The notes under the pieces: model-generated
What the model was told of the DNA's origin: nothing
The model's database searches: none
What the model saw: the letters and a program-made list of their open reading frames with translations, nothing else
Part shown: positions 37,258-47,092 of the stretch, in pieces
Layout of the letters: each line of letters begins with the position of its first letter
Numbering within the stretch: position 1 is the first letter of the stretch
Program-made: the position numbers and the translations under genes
NCBI GenBank assembly: GCA_026395215.1
Contig: JAPLZC010000010.1
Coordinates: 140,150-204,149 of the forward strand
DNA: 64,000 bases
Direction: 5' to 3'
Source: Candidatus Staskawiczbacteria bacterium
GTDB lineage: Bacteria; Patescibacteriota; Minisyncoccia; Minisyncoccales; Staskawiczbacteraceae

Positions 37258-39252
37258 ATGGATAAAACTGCTAAAGAATTAACCCAACTTTTAATTGTCG
37301 GCATTACCCCCTATTTTTTAGATAAGGAGGTTTTTTGGTTTGAGGAGAATCTACAACAAGTGTTAGATGCCAGGCATACTCAAAACTTTTTTGAAGATAA
37401 TATAGTTTTTTTGGAAAAAGACCATAGTTTCCAGTTTTCACAATTTTTGAGGAAGCTTGATGAAATGGGTTATGAAAGGGTTTTTAAGGTTTCAGAACCT
37501 GGTGAATTTTCCCAACGCGGAGGAATTATTGATGTCTTCCCTATCAACTGTCTTCAAGCTGCGCGAATTGATTTTCTTGGAAATGAAGTAGATAATATTC
37601 AGTTGTTAGATGATAAAAAATTCTATCCTGCAAAACTTTCGGAAGAAGAGTTTAAAAAAACAAGGGAGGTTATAAAAAAGAAACTGAAATCGCAGAAACT
37701 GTTTTCGGAGCTAAAAGGATTGAAGGCGGGAGACTATCTTGTGCACCTTGATCATGGAATTGGAAAATTTATTGGCATAGAAAAGTTTGAGACTACTGTT
37801 GGAGAGTTTCAAGAATACTATGTTCTGCAATATGACAAAGAAGATAAGCTTTATATTCCACTTGGTTTAGAAAGAAAATTATCTAAATATGTTGGTTTCC
37901 AAGACCCAAAAGTTTCCAGACTGGGCTCATCCTTATGGCAAAAAACTAAAAGAATAATAAAAGAAGAAGTTGAGAAATTAGCCAAGGAGCTTTTGCAGTT
38001 ATATGCAAAAAAAGAGATTACAGAAAGAACACCATATATAGAAGATAAAGAATTGGAGTCACAGATTAGAGACAGTTTTCCTTTTCAAGAAACTCCCGAC
38101 CAAATCAAAACAATAGAAGACATAAAAGACGACCTTTCAAAAAACAGGCCAATGGATAGAATTGTGTGCGGAGATGTTGGCTTTGGCAAAACAGAGGTTG
38201 CTATAAGAACAGCTCTGTTAGCTTGTGCAAACAATAGGCAAACTGCATTAATTTGCCCTACTACAATTTTGGCAAATCAGCATTATAATGGGTTCAAAAG
38301 AAGATTTGATAAACTACCGGTTAGAGTTGCCATACTTTCCGGTTTGCAGACAAAACAAGAACAGAAGAAAATAATTGGCGATATAAAAGAAGGCAGGGTA
38401 GATATTGTTATAGGCACCCACCGACTTTTGTCTCGAGACATAGAATTTAAAAATCTACAGCTTTTAATTATTGATGACGAACAAAAATTTGGAGTAAAAC
38501 AAAAAGAAAAATTGCGCCAAATGAAAACCAGTTTAGATGTTTTGAGTTTGTCAGCCACTCCAATCCCCCGCACAATTTATTTGGCATTATCTTCATTAAA
38601 AAGCATAAGTTTAATGCAAACTCCCCCACAAGGAAGACAAGCAATAAAAACAGAAGTTGCCCCTTACGACACAAAATTTGTTAAAAAAATAATCCATGCT
38701 GAACTTAGTAGAAAAGGCCAAATTTACTTCTTGCATAATGTGGTGCAAACAATTGAGACAAAGGCAGCTGAAATAAAGAAACTCTACCCACGGGCAAAAA
38801 TTGGCGTAATCCACGGTAGAATGCCAGAAAAACATTTGCTAGAAATAATGGACAACTTCCAAAAAGAAAAAATAAATGTTTTAATGGCAACTACAATTAT
38901 AGAAAATGGAATCGATTTTCCCAACGTAAACACAATTATAATAGAAGACTCTACAAGATTGGGACTTTCACAAGCACACCAAATAAGAGGAAGAGTTGGC
39001 AGGTCTGGTACAAAAAGTTTTGCATACTTCCTATATAACGACAAAGATATGACCCCGCTGGCTAGAGAAAGGCTGAAAGCATTAGAAGATTCCCAGGAAC
39101 TTGGAGCCGGGTATAGAATTGCAATTAGGGATTTGGAATTGCGTGGAGCGGGAAACATTTTAGGCAAAGAACAATCCGGTGCCATAAATAAAGTAGGACT
39201 AAACCTATATTCTCAGCTTTTGGCAGAAAGTATAGAGAAGTATAAAAGTTAA
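37258..39252 (+). CDS. mfd: Transcription-repair coupling factor Mfd (short form lacking the N-terminal UvrB-homology modules)
   Basis: CarD/TRCF RNAP-interacting domain (LVHLDHGIGKFIGIEK...YYVLQY). SF2 helicase motifs GDVGFGKTEVA, DDEQKFGV (DExH) and SATPIPRT. C-terminal TRCF region present. 664 aa versus about 1150 in E. coli. Confidence 0.75.
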   Translation: MDKTAKELTQLLIVGITPYFLDKEVFWFEENLQQVLDARHTQNFFEDNIVFLEKDHSFQFSQFLRKLDEMGYERVFKVSEPGEFSQRGGIIDVFPINCLQAARIDFLGNEVDNIQLLDDKKFYPAKLSEEEFKKTREVIKKKLKSQKLFSELKGLKAGDYLVHLDHGIGKFIGIEKFETTVGEFQEYYVLQYDKEDKLYIPLGLERKLSKYVGFQDPKVSRLGSSLWQKTKRIIKEEVEKLAKELLQLYAKKEITERTPYIEDKELESQIRDSFPFQETPDQIKTIEDIKDDLSKNRPMDRIVCGDVGFGKTEVAIRTALLACANNRQTALICPTTILANQHYNGFKRRFDKLPVRVAILSGLQTKQEQKKIIGDIKEGRVDIVIGTHRLLSRDIEFKNLQLLIIDDEQKFGVKQKEKLRQMKTSLDVLSLSATPIPRTIYLALSSLKSISLMQTPPQGRQAIKTEVAPYDTKFVKKIIHAELSRKGQIYFLHNVVQTIETKAAEIKKLYPRAKIGVIHGRMPEKHLLEIMDNFQKEKINVLMATTIIENGIDFPNVNTIIIEDSTRLGLSQAHQIRGRVGRSGTKSFAYFLYNDKDMTPLARERLKALEDSQELGAGYRIAIRDLELRGAGNILGKEQSGAINKVGLNLYSQLLAESIEKYKS

Positions 39253-39261
39253 TCTCCGCCG

Positions 39262-39296
39262 CCCCGCTTCTCGGGGCGAGCCTCGCCCATTTTTAT
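39262..39296 (+). terminator. Tandem GC-rich hairpins plus T-run after mfd
   Basis: ccccg-cttct-cgggg, then gggcgag-cc-tcgccc, followed by atttttat. Confidence 0.55.
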
Positions 39297-39353
39297 GGGC
39301 GGGAAGCCATAGAAAAATTTAAATAAAAAAAGAAGTGGTTATTGTCCCACTCC

Positions 39354-39923
39354 CTACGCATTACTTCGTTTCAAATCTTTGAAACTTGCTGGCATAAGAG
39401 TCACCGACTCAATTTCGACAATCGGCTTTTTCTCACCCCTACGCCTGATGGAAAATGGACCGCCAGTGATTGTAAAAAGTCCCAAACGCTCTTTGTAAGC
39501 AACTGTTGGCGGACCTTCAATAATTAGGTAATCATCTGGAAAAGCCGGCCCTCGAAAGTTGCTGGCGCCATAACCCTTCGAAGCCACTTTATTATCTTTG
39601 CCAAGACGAGCTAGCACCTTTGGCTCTCTGGAAATCATAATCCCAAAAAATTGGGCAGCCATGTCGTACCAAATACAACCCGGCGCCAAAAGTACGCCGT
39701 CTATGACGTGACCTCTACAGATTTCACCAATGAAAAATAGTTCCCCTATTGCTTTGTTAACAGATGTGACTGTGTCAACAAAAAATGTGACTGTGTCTAT
39801 AAGATGCCACCAACCTTCGTGAGGAAGAATTGCGTCAACCTCTTGTTTCCCCAAAACTACTTTGGGTTGATTGACGAGAAGTTGGGCTATCCATTCAATA
39901 GGTACTCTAGCAGATTCCTGCAT
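39354..39923 (-). CDS. Hot-dog-fold dehydratase-like protein (FabZ/FabA-like), GC-enriched
   Basis: 189 aa. ILPHEGWWHLIDTV and H-x-IDGVLLAPG...DMAAQ resemble FabZ motifs (ILPHRYPF..., HFPG...EAxAQ). This is a weak, by-eye assignment. Confidence 0.35.
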   Translation of the reverse strand: MQESARVPIEWIAQLLVNQPKVVLGKQEVDAILPHEGWWHLIDTVTFFVDTVTSVNKAIGELFFIGEICRGHVIDGVLLAPGCIWYDMAAQFFGIMISREPKVLARLGKDNKVASKGYGASNFRGPAFPDDYLIIEGPPTVAYKERLGLFTITGGPFSIRRRGEKKPIVEIESVTLMPASFKDLKRSNA

Positions 39924-40071
39924 GGTTTTCTCTCCTTATTAAGTTGTCCAAAGAACCGAAAATACCGTAATTTATAGTAGCATAAATGGGAATGATTTCA
40001 AGAATTTTTGACTTTTGTGCTATTATAAGTGAATATGAATAAAAAAATAAAATTATTAATAGAAAATAAAA

Positions 40072-42099
40072 ATGATTTTACTACTGGTAGAGAGCCCAAC
40101 GAAAGCTAAAACTCTGGGAAAATTTCTCGGCAAAGACTACAGGGTCTTGGCGTCTTTTGGGCATGTTAGGGATTTGCCTAAGAGAGAGCTTGGGGTTGAT
40201 GTGGAACATAATTTTGAACCAAAATATGTGGTTCCCACAAAAGCCAAGAAGGTTATTGCTGAGTTGAAAAAGGAATCTGCAAAAGCAGACCAAACCATAC
40301 TGGCGTCCGACGAAGACCGTGAAGGAGAATCTATCGCCTGGCACTTACAAGAAGCCCTTAAGTTAAAAAACCCTCAGAGAATTGTGTTCCATGAAATTAC
40401 AAAATCTGCAATTGAAAATGCCTTAAAAAATCCAAGACACATTGATATGAATTTGGTTAATGCCCAGCAGGCAAGAAGGGTTTTAGACAGAATTGTGGGC
40501 TACAAACTTTCGCCATTTTTGTGGAAAAAAGTTGCCAAAGGACTTTCGGCCGGCCGAGTTCAATCGGTTGCCTTGAGACTAATTGTTGAGAAAGAAAGAG
40601 AAATTGAAAAATTTGTTGCTGTTGAATATTGGAATCTTGAGACCACACTTAAAAAAAATAATACAGAATTCAAAGCATCTTTAACAAAAAATAACGGCAA
40701 GGTTATAGACAAGCTGGAAATTAAAACCAAAGAAGAAGCTGATAAAATTTTACAAGCATTAAATGGGTCAGATTATGTTGTTGAGTCTGTAGAGAAGAAG
40801 GAAACAAAAAGACATCCTGCTCCCCCATTCACAACCAGTACACTGCAACAAGCAGCTTGGCAAAGATACAAATTTTCAGCAAAAACGACAATGTCTTTGG
40901 CTCAAAGATTATATGAAGAAGGAAATATAACTTACCACAGGACAGACTCGCTAAATCTTTCAGAGGTATCACTAACTGCAGCTAAAGATTTTATTTTTAA
41001 CCAATATGGGCAAAATTATTGGGCTGGCAAAGCTGTAAAATATAAAACAAAGGATGGTTCAGCCCAAGAAGCTCACGAAGCAATTAGGCCGGCTTATGCT
41101 GAAAAAACCCCCGAGTCGCTTGGATTAACCGATGCAAGGCAATTAAAACTTTACACTTTAATCTGGCAAAGGTTTATGGCTTCGCAAATGGCACCCGCTG
41201 TCTTTGACTCGGTTTCATCTGACATACAAGCAAGCAATTTTACATTTAGAGCAACTGGCCAAACAATAAAGTTTGACGGGTTCTTAAAAGTTTACCCAAC
41301 AAAAACCGAGGAAACCATTCTGCCTCCTTTAGAAAAAAACGATAAGCTTAATCTTGTAAAATTAGAAGCCTTACAGCATTTTACAGAGCCACCTGCAAGA
41401 TACACCGAAGCTAGCCTGGTAAAAGCTTTAGAAAAACACGGCATTGGCAGACCATCTACTTACGCCTCTATTATAACCGCTATAACGATTAGAAACTATG
41501 TAGCCGAAAATGACCAAAAAAGACTCTTCCCAAGCGAGATGGGAACAATAGTTAATGACGTGCTTGTAAAAAACTTTCCAGAAATAGTTGATGTAGATTT
41601 TACCGCAAAAATGGAAAAAGAGTTAGATGAAGTGGCAGAAGGCAAAGATACTTGGGAAAAAACATGCAAAGATTTCTATAAACCCTTTGCAAAAAACTTG
41701 GAAGAAAAGTATAAAGAAGTTATAAAGTCTGATTTGACCCAAAAAACAGATAAGGTTTGTCCAAAATGCGGAGCTCCTCTAATTGAAAGGCTCGGCAGAT
41801 TTGGAAGGTTTTACGCCTGTTCAAAGTTCCCTGAATGCAAACATACAGAATCTGTTGAAGGAGATCCAGATACCTTGAATATATCCTGTCCAAAATGCAA
41901 AGAAGGAAAAATTACCGGCAAAAGAACAAAAAAAGGCAAAACATTTTATGGATGTAATCGTTTTCCAAAATGCGATTTTGCTTTATGGGATAAGCCAATA
42001 AATGAACTTTGCCCAAAATGTGATTCACTGCTAATACAAAAAACCAAAACCAAAATAAAATGCTCAAATAAAGAGTGTGATTACACCAAAGAAGATTAA
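40072..42099 (+). CDS. topA: DNA topoisomerase I (type IA) with C-terminal zinc ribbons
   Basis: Toprim N-terminus (LLVESPTKAKTLGKFLG...ASFGHVRDLP). Active-site region ...ITYHRTDS. C-terminal CPKCG / CPKCK / CPKCD zinc-ribbon repeats. Confidence 0.9.
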   Translation: MILLLVESPTKAKTLGKFLGKDYRVLASFGHVRDLPKRELGVDVEHNFEPKYVVPTKAKKVIAELKKESAKADQTILASDEDREGESIAWHLQEALKLKNPQRIVFHEITKSAIENALKNPRHIDMNLVNAQQARRVLDRIVGYKLSPFLWKKVAKGLSAGRVQSVALRLIVEKEREIEKFVAVEYWNLETTLKKNNTEFKASLTKNNGKVIDKLEIKTKEEADKILQALNGSDYVVESVEKKETKRHPAPPFTTSTLQQAAWQRYKFSAKTTMSLAQRLYEEGNITYHRTDSLNLSEVSLTAAKDFIFNQYGQNYWAGKAVKYKTKDGSAQEAHEAIRPAYAEKTPESLGLTDARQLKLYTLIWQRFMASQMAPAVFDSVSSDIQASNFTFRATGQTIKFDGFLKVYPTKTEETILPPLEKNDKLNLVKLEALQHFTEPPARYTEASLVKALEKHGIGRPSTYASIITAITIRNYVAENDQKRLFPSEMGTIVNDVLVKNFPEIVDVDFTAKMEKELDEVAEGKDTWEKTCKDFYKPFAKNLEEKYKEVIKSDLTQKTDKVCPKCGAPLIERLGRFGRFYACSKFPECKHTESVEGDPDTLNISCPKCKEGKITGKRTKKGKTFYGCNRFPKCDFALWDKPINELCPKCDSLLIQKTKTKIKCSNKECDYTKED

Positions 42100-43832
42100 T
42101 GATAAATAATATTCAAAAAATAATAAACAAAAGTTCTGATCCTAAACTGATTGAGAATGCATTTAAGTTTGCAACAGAAGCATATAAGGACAAATTTAGA
42201 GCCTCCGGAGAAAACTGCATTTTACATACAACAAGAGTAGCTTTAATGCTTGATAAAATGGAGCTTGACCCAACAACAATTGCTCTTGGAATTCTTCATG
42301 ATGTATTAGATGATGTCCCGGGTTATGCCAGGAAAATTGAAGCAAAAGAAATTGAAAAAAAATTTGGTGTAGATATAGGGCAGCTGGTAGAAAAAATTGC
42401 GGATCTCAGCAGAATTCAATATTCTCTATCTGTTGGCATGAAAGAGAAAAAGGCACTGACCAGAGAAAAAATTGAAAATTTAAGAAGGATGTTTTTAGCG
42501 CTGTCTGGAGACTTACGGGTGGTTATAGTAGAATTGCTTTCAAGGATGGATGGCTTAAATGAACTGCACTATTTGTCACGAGACAAACAAAAATTATTTT
42601 CAGCAGAAACTTTGCAGGTTTTTGTGCCTATTGCCAGCAGACTTGGTTTGTCAGAACTAAGAAGAAATCTTGAAGACGTTGCTTTCTCATATTTATTGCC
42701 GGAAAAATTTAAGTGGATAAAGGAAAATATTAAAGGACAATATGAGGAGAGAGAAAAATATCTGAAAAAATTTATTCCTCACCTTGAAAAAATCCTCAAA
42801 AAAGAAAGAGTTAAATTTTTGAGTATAAATTACCGGGCAAAATCTTATTGGAGCACTTATCAAAAACTCATAAAACATGGAATGGATTTTGATGAGATTA
42901 ATGATTTGCTTGCATTGAGAATAATCACCGCCGATGTTGAAAGTTGCTACAGAATTCTGGGCATAATGCATAAATACTTCAAACCTATTTCTGAAGAAAT
43001 AAATGACTATATCGCCCACCCAAAACTCAACGGATACAGATCCTTGCACACTACAATTTTTTCTCATGAAGGAAAAATAACCGAGGTACAAATAAGAACA
43101 GAAGAAATGCAGAAGGAAGCTGAATATGGCGTGTGCGCTCACTGGTCTTACAAGGAAAAAATTAACCTTGCAAAAGACAAAGAAAATTTTGAATGGACAA
43201 AAAATATCCCTGAATTTTGGAAAACTTTTAAAATCGACTTTTTCTCTAACAAAGTTTTTACTTTCACCCCAAAGGGAGACGTTATTGTTTTACCCAAAAA
43301 CTCAACTCCTGTTGATTTTGCGTATGCCGTGCATTCAGACATTGGAAACCATTGCGAATCTGCAAAAATAGGAAACAAAATAGTACAGCTTAACCATATT
43401 TTAGAAAATGGGGACATAGTTGAAATATCCACAAATAAAAACAAAACTCCTTCAAAGGACTGGCTTAAATTTGTTCAAACCTCTTTAGCTAAGTCTCACA
43501 TAAATAGGCTAACCGGTCAGGAAAAATCAGGTTTTCGCTTTCCAATGCCAAACTTTATAAGAAAGAAAATTACTGAAATTTCTGAAGCTTCAAAAAAGAA
43601 AAAAGAGCAAAAGGAACTTTTGAAAAAAGAAGGCTCAAAACATATTTATATAGCCGGTCAAAAAGGGATGCTAATTCACATAGCCAAGTGCTGTAATCCC
43701 CAGCCGGGAGACAAAATTATGGCCTATATTGCCCCAAATAGAGCGACTGTTTTACATAAAAGCACCTGCAATGTTTTCAAAGAAATTTACAGAAAATTTC
43801 CAGAAAAAACCATCAACGCCTCCTGGGAATAA
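42099..43832 (+). CDS. rel: RelA/SpoT-family (p)ppGpp synthetase/hydrolase (HD, synthetase and TGS domains; no ACT domain)
   Basis: HD domain (HTTRVALML...ILHDVLDD). RelA_SpoT synthetase region (YRSLHTTIF). TGS (VFTFTPKGDVIVLPKNSTPVDFAYAVHSDIG). 577 aa. Confidence 0.85.
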   Translation: MINNIQKIINKSSDPKLIENAFKFATEAYKDKFRASGENCILHTTRVALMLDKMELDPTTIALGILHDVLDDVPGYARKIEAKEIEKKFGVDIGQLVEKIADLSRIQYSLSVGMKEKKALTREKIENLRRMFLALSGDLRVVIVELLSRMDGLNELHYLSRDKQKLFSAETLQVFVPIASRLGLSELRRNLEDVAFSYLLPEKFKWIKENIKGQYEEREKYLKKFIPHLEKILKKERVKFLSINYRAKSYWSTYQKLIKHGMDFDEINDLLALRIITADVESCYRILGIMHKYFKPISEEINDYIAHPKLNGYRSLHTTIFSHEGKITEVQIRTEEMQKEAEYGVCAHWSYKEKINLAKDKENFEWTKNIPEFWKTFKIDFFSNKVFTFTPKGDVIVLPKNSTPVDFAYAVHSDIGNHCESAKIGNKIVQLNHILENGDIVEISTNKNKTPSKDWLKFVQTSLAKSHINRLTGQEKSGFRFPMPNFIRKKITEISEASKKKKEQKELLKKEGSKHIYIAGQKGMLIHIAKCCNPQPGDKIMAYIAPNRATVLHKSTCNVFKEIYRKFPEKTINASWE

Positions 43833-43934
43833 CATGCGAAAAGCGGTATACGAAAAGCCTGCTACGAACAGGCACATACTAATAAAATACTCTTGAAATT
43901 TACGAAAAAATCTGTTAGTATTAAGCAAAATTAA

Positions 43935-44017
43935 GCCGTCGTGGCGGAATGGCATACGCGATAGACTCAAAATCTATTGTCCGCAAGGGCTTGTGGGTTC
44001 AACTCCCACCGACGGCA
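43935..44017 (+). tRNA. tRNA-Leu (CAA)
   Basis: GCCGTCG acceptor stem pairs with CGACGGC. Anticodon stem ATAGA/TCTAT with loop CTCAAAA gives anticodon CAA. Long variable arm. T-arm GTGGG-TTCAACT-CCCAC. Discriminator A. Confidence 0.75.
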
Positions 44018-44020
44018 CAT

Positions 44021-44050
44021 AAAAAATCCAGGTCTAACCTGGATTTTTCT
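44021..44050. terminator. Bidirectional rho-independent terminator (atccaggt-ctaa-cctggat flanked by A-run and T-run)
   Basis: The hairpin lies between the tRNA-Leu 3' end (plus strand) and the stop of the minus-strand MBL hydrolase gene at 44052. Confidence 0.55.
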
Positions 44051-44051
44051 T

Positions 44052-44786
44052 TTACAAATTATATTCATCTAGGGGTTCGGGGATAACGATTCTAACTTTA
44101 TCGCTTTTGATTGTTTCTTTAATTTTGGGCAATTCGTTTTTTCTGAAATCTCTGTTCAAATGGGTCAAAGCTAAGCATTTTATATTATTTTCCTCAGAAA
44201 ATTTTATTGCACCAACAACTGATGCGTGGCCAATTTTTCCTTGGTCATATAAATACGTTTCGGCAATAAATAGATCTAAATCTCTGTAAAAATTGCTTCC
44301 TGCTATTGGAGAACCGTCTCCACTGTAGGCATAGCTATTTTTTCCGTCTGTTATTTTAACTGCCAAATTTTGTCCAGAGTGCACAGTTTTCTGAAAAGAC
44401 ATTTTAATGTCCTGAAATTTTACATTACTCCCCTCTTGTACCTCAACTAAATTTATTTTATATTTAAATTTTTTTTGAAAATCTTTGTAGGCAAACTCCA
44501 TATAGTTTCGCAAACCATTAAACCCAAAAATAGTTAGTTTTCTTTTCCTGCCGTCTTCCCACATTCTCATTAAAATAGCTGGCAACCCAAATGAGTGGTC
44601 TGCATGATGATGGCTGATATAAATAGCATCTAAAAAATTTGGATCTGAATTAAATTTCCAAAACTGCTGAGGCACAGAGTACCCGCAATCTAAAAGCAGT
44701 TTTGTTTTTTCTGTAATTACTAAATGCGAATTATTTGGAACATTTTCATCAAACGCTTCGCCTGTCCCTAAAAATATAATTTTCAT
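44052..44786 (-). CDS. MBL-fold metallo-hydrolase (RNase Z/ElaC-like)
   Basis: MKIIFLGTGEAF...ISHHHADHSFGLP (HxHxDH motif). The ORF extends to 44912, but the start at MKIIF leaves a 4-nt overlap with the upstream PAP2 gene. Confidence 0.65.
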   Translation of the reverse strand: MKIIFLGTGEAFDENVPNNSHLVITEKTKLLLDCGYSVPQQFWKFNSDPNFLDAIYISHHHADHSFGLPAILMRMWEDGRKRKLTIFGFNGLRNYMEFAYKDFQKKFKYKINLVEVQEGSNVKFQDIKMSFQKTVHSGQNLAVKITDGKNSYAYSGDGSPIAGSNFYRDLDLFIAETYLYDQGKIGHASVVGAIKFSEENNIKCLALTHLNRDFRKNELPKIKETIKSDKVRIVIPEPLDEYNL

Positions 44787-45280
44787 CTTATTAAACCTAA
44801 TATTAAATATAATAATGTTGAGGACAAAAATCCTATAAAGGCTCCGGCTAGAATGTCGCGGAACCAGTGGACTCCGCAGAAAACTCGGGCAACTCCCACA
44901 AAACACGAGCAAACTAGAAAAAACATCGCTATAGGAAAACTGTAAAAAAATAAATATGAAGACACTCCAAAAAGTAATGCGGCATGGCGGGAAGGAAATG
45001 ACGGGTTCTCCGGTACTGGTATTAATATTTTTGTGTTTGGCAGAGTTGCCGGACGTAGTTCCTTATAAAATATATAAATTATTTTATTTAAAACAAAAGC
45101 CGCACAAAGACCTGAAAATAATGAATAAACAAAAACCCCTTTACTATGTAAAATAACGGCAAGACACAACAATAAAACTACCATCAAATAAATCAAATAT
45201 CTTGCGCAGAATATCGCAAAACCGTCTAACAATTTAGATTTCCCTGCAACCTGATTTATGTTTTTAAACACTGAGAACAT
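44783..45280 (-). CDS. PAP2-family phosphatase (undecaprenyl-diphosphatase-like)
   Basis: Polytopic membrane protein carrying PAP2 motifs KELRPATLP, PSFPSRHAA and GVHWFRDILAG. Confidence 0.7.
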   Translation of the reverse strand: MFSVFKNINQVAGKSKLLDGFAIFCARYLIYLMVVLLLCLAVILHSKGVFVYSLFSGLCAAFVLNKIIYIFYKELRPATLPNTKILIPVPENPSFPSRHAALLFGVSSYLFFYSFPIAMFFLVCSCFVGVARVFCGVHWFRDILAGAFIGFLSSTLLYLILGLIR

Positions 45281-46512
45281 TATTTAGGTAGAGGAAACCT
45301 TTTACAAAGCTTTATTACTTCGTTGTGAAGTTTGGCTAAAACCTTTTCATTGGTATGGTTGGTTATGGCCTGATTTATCCAGCTGGAAATTATTTTAACT
45401 TCTTTTTCTTTCATACCACGGGTTGTTATTGCGGGAACTCCAATACGTATACCGCTTGGGTCAAAAGGTTTTCGCGGGTCATCGGGAATCATATTTTTAT
45501 TAACGGTAATACCAATTTTGTCTAAAGCTTTTTCTGCCTCCTTCCCTGTAACTCCTTTACTGGAAAAAACATCAACTAAAACCATATGATTGTCTGTTTT
45601 CCCGAAGGCTAATTTAAACCCATATTTTTTAAGTTCTTGCTCTAAAACTTTTGCATTTTTTATAATTTGCTTAGCATAAACCTTAAACGATGGCTTTAAT
45701 GCCTCGCCCAAAGCCACGGCTAACGCAGCAATATTATTCATATGCGGGCCTCCCTGAAAACCCGGGAAAAGAGCCTTATCTATTGCTTCGGCAAATGGTT
45801 GTTTGCACATTATCATTCCTCCCCTTGGACCGCGTAAAGTTTTGTGGGTTGTGGTTGTGACAATATCAAAATAAGGAACAGGGTTTGGTATGGCTTTTCC
45901 GGCAATAAGCCCAGCAATATGAGCAATATCAAACATTGTTATAGCTCCAACTTTTTTTGCAATATCTTGAAACTTCTGATAATCAAGCTGGCGTGTGTAG
46001 GCGGAAAAGCCGGCCAAAATTAACTTTGGTTTTTCGGCAATTGCCATTTTCTCTAATTCATCATAATCAATTTCTCCCAAAGCATTGGTTTTATACCTTA
46101 CAAATCTATAAATTTTTGCAGCCAAAGTTACGGGATGACCATGGCTCAAGTGCCCTCCATGCGACAAATCCATTCCTAAAACAGTGTCTCCGGGCTTTAA
46201 AATGGCGCTATAAACTATCATATTAGCAGGGCATCCCGAAAGTGGTTGAACATTTACGTGTTCGGCTCCAAAAATCTTTTTTGCTCTCTCAATTGCCAGG
46301 GTTTCAACAACATCTGTATAGGTTTGTCCACCATAATAACGCTTCCCCGGATAACCCTCGGAATATTTGTTTGTAAAAACCGACCCCAGTGCCTCCAAAA
46401 CAGCCGGAGAAACATAATTTTCCGAAGCAATCATTTCCATCCCCTCCTGCTGTCTTTTAGTCTCTCCCACTATTGCCGCATAAACTTTTGAATCTTGATT
46501 TTTGATTTTCAT
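45280..46512 (-). CDS. glyA: Serine hydroxymethyltransferase
   Basis: IASENYVSPAVLEALGSVFTNKYSEGYPGKRYYGG. PLP-lysine region TTTTHKTLRGPRGG. Confidence 0.9.
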   Translation of the reverse strand: MKIKNQDSKVYAAIVGETKRQQEGMEMIASENYVSPAVLEALGSVFTNKYSEGYPGKRYYGGQTYTDVVETLAIERAKKIFGAEHVNVQPLSGCPANMIVYSAILKPGDTVLGMDLSHGGHLSHGHPVTLAAKIYRFVRYKTNALGEIDYDELEKMAIAEKPKLILAGFSAYTRQLDYQKFQDIAKKVGAITMFDIAHIAGLIAGKAIPNPVPYFDIVTTTTHKTLRGPRGGMIMCKQPFAEAIDKALFPGFQGGPHMNNIAALAVALGEALKPSFKVYAKQIIKNAKVLEQELKKYGFKLAFGKTDNHMVLVDVFSSKGVTGKEAEKALDKIGITVNKNMIPDDPRKPFDPSGIRIGVPAITTRGMKEKEVKIISSWINQAITNHTNEKVLAKLHNEVIKLCKRFPLPK

Positions 46513-46513
46513 A

Positions 46514-47092
46514 TTATTTTCTTATAATATTAATTTTTTCGTCTGTTAAATCTATTATGACTGAAGGTTTGTTCTTTGGCAAATGGCCAGCATCAATGAC
46601 TAAATCTGGTTTATGTTCTTCACAATCAAAGACTTTTACAATTTCTTTAATATCGTCCATAAACGGCTGGTCAGAAATGTTAACCGAGGTCTGAGCTAAA
46701 GGCCTTTTAAATTTTTTGAATATTTCAGCAATTAAATTATGGTTTGGTTGGCGCAAGGCAATAGTTTTATTTTTATAAACCAGTAAAGACAATCCCTTTT
46801 TACCGTTTAAAACAACCGTTACGGCTCCCGGCCAATTTTCATTTAAAAACTTTTCTTCCCTGCTTTTAACAACTGCGTACTTTTTTGCCATTTTTATATC
46901 TCTAACAAATACTGGCAATGATTTTGATTTGTCTCTCTTTTTTATCTTAAATATTTTTCCAACTGCGCGTTTGTTAGTTGCGTCACAAATAAATCCATAA
47001 ACAGTATCTGTAGGACAGACCAAAACTGCCCCATTTTTCAGAGCAGTAATTATTTCTTTTACATTTTTTTCACCTTTTTGAATTATTTTCAT
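46514..47092 (-). CDS. tsaC: L-threonylcarbamoyladenylate synthase (YrdC/Sua5 family)
   Basis: ALKNGAVLVCPTDTVYGFICDA with a YrdC fold. 192 aa. Confidence 0.75.
   Translation of the reverse strand: MKIIQKGEKNVKEIITALKNGAVLVCPTDTVYGFICDATNKRAVGKIFKIKKRDKSKSLPVFVRDIKMAKKYAVVKSREEKFLNENWPGAVTVVLNGKKGLSLLVYKNKTIALRQPNHNLIAEIFKKFKRPLAQTSVNISDQPFMDDIKEIVKVFDCEEHKPDLVIDAGHLPKNKPSVIIDLTDEKINIIRK

Noticed and set aside
38283-39185. Several 60-130-aa minus-strand ORFs
   Set aside because: They lie antisense within mfd and give AT-rich, Phe/Leu/Ser-rich spurious translations.
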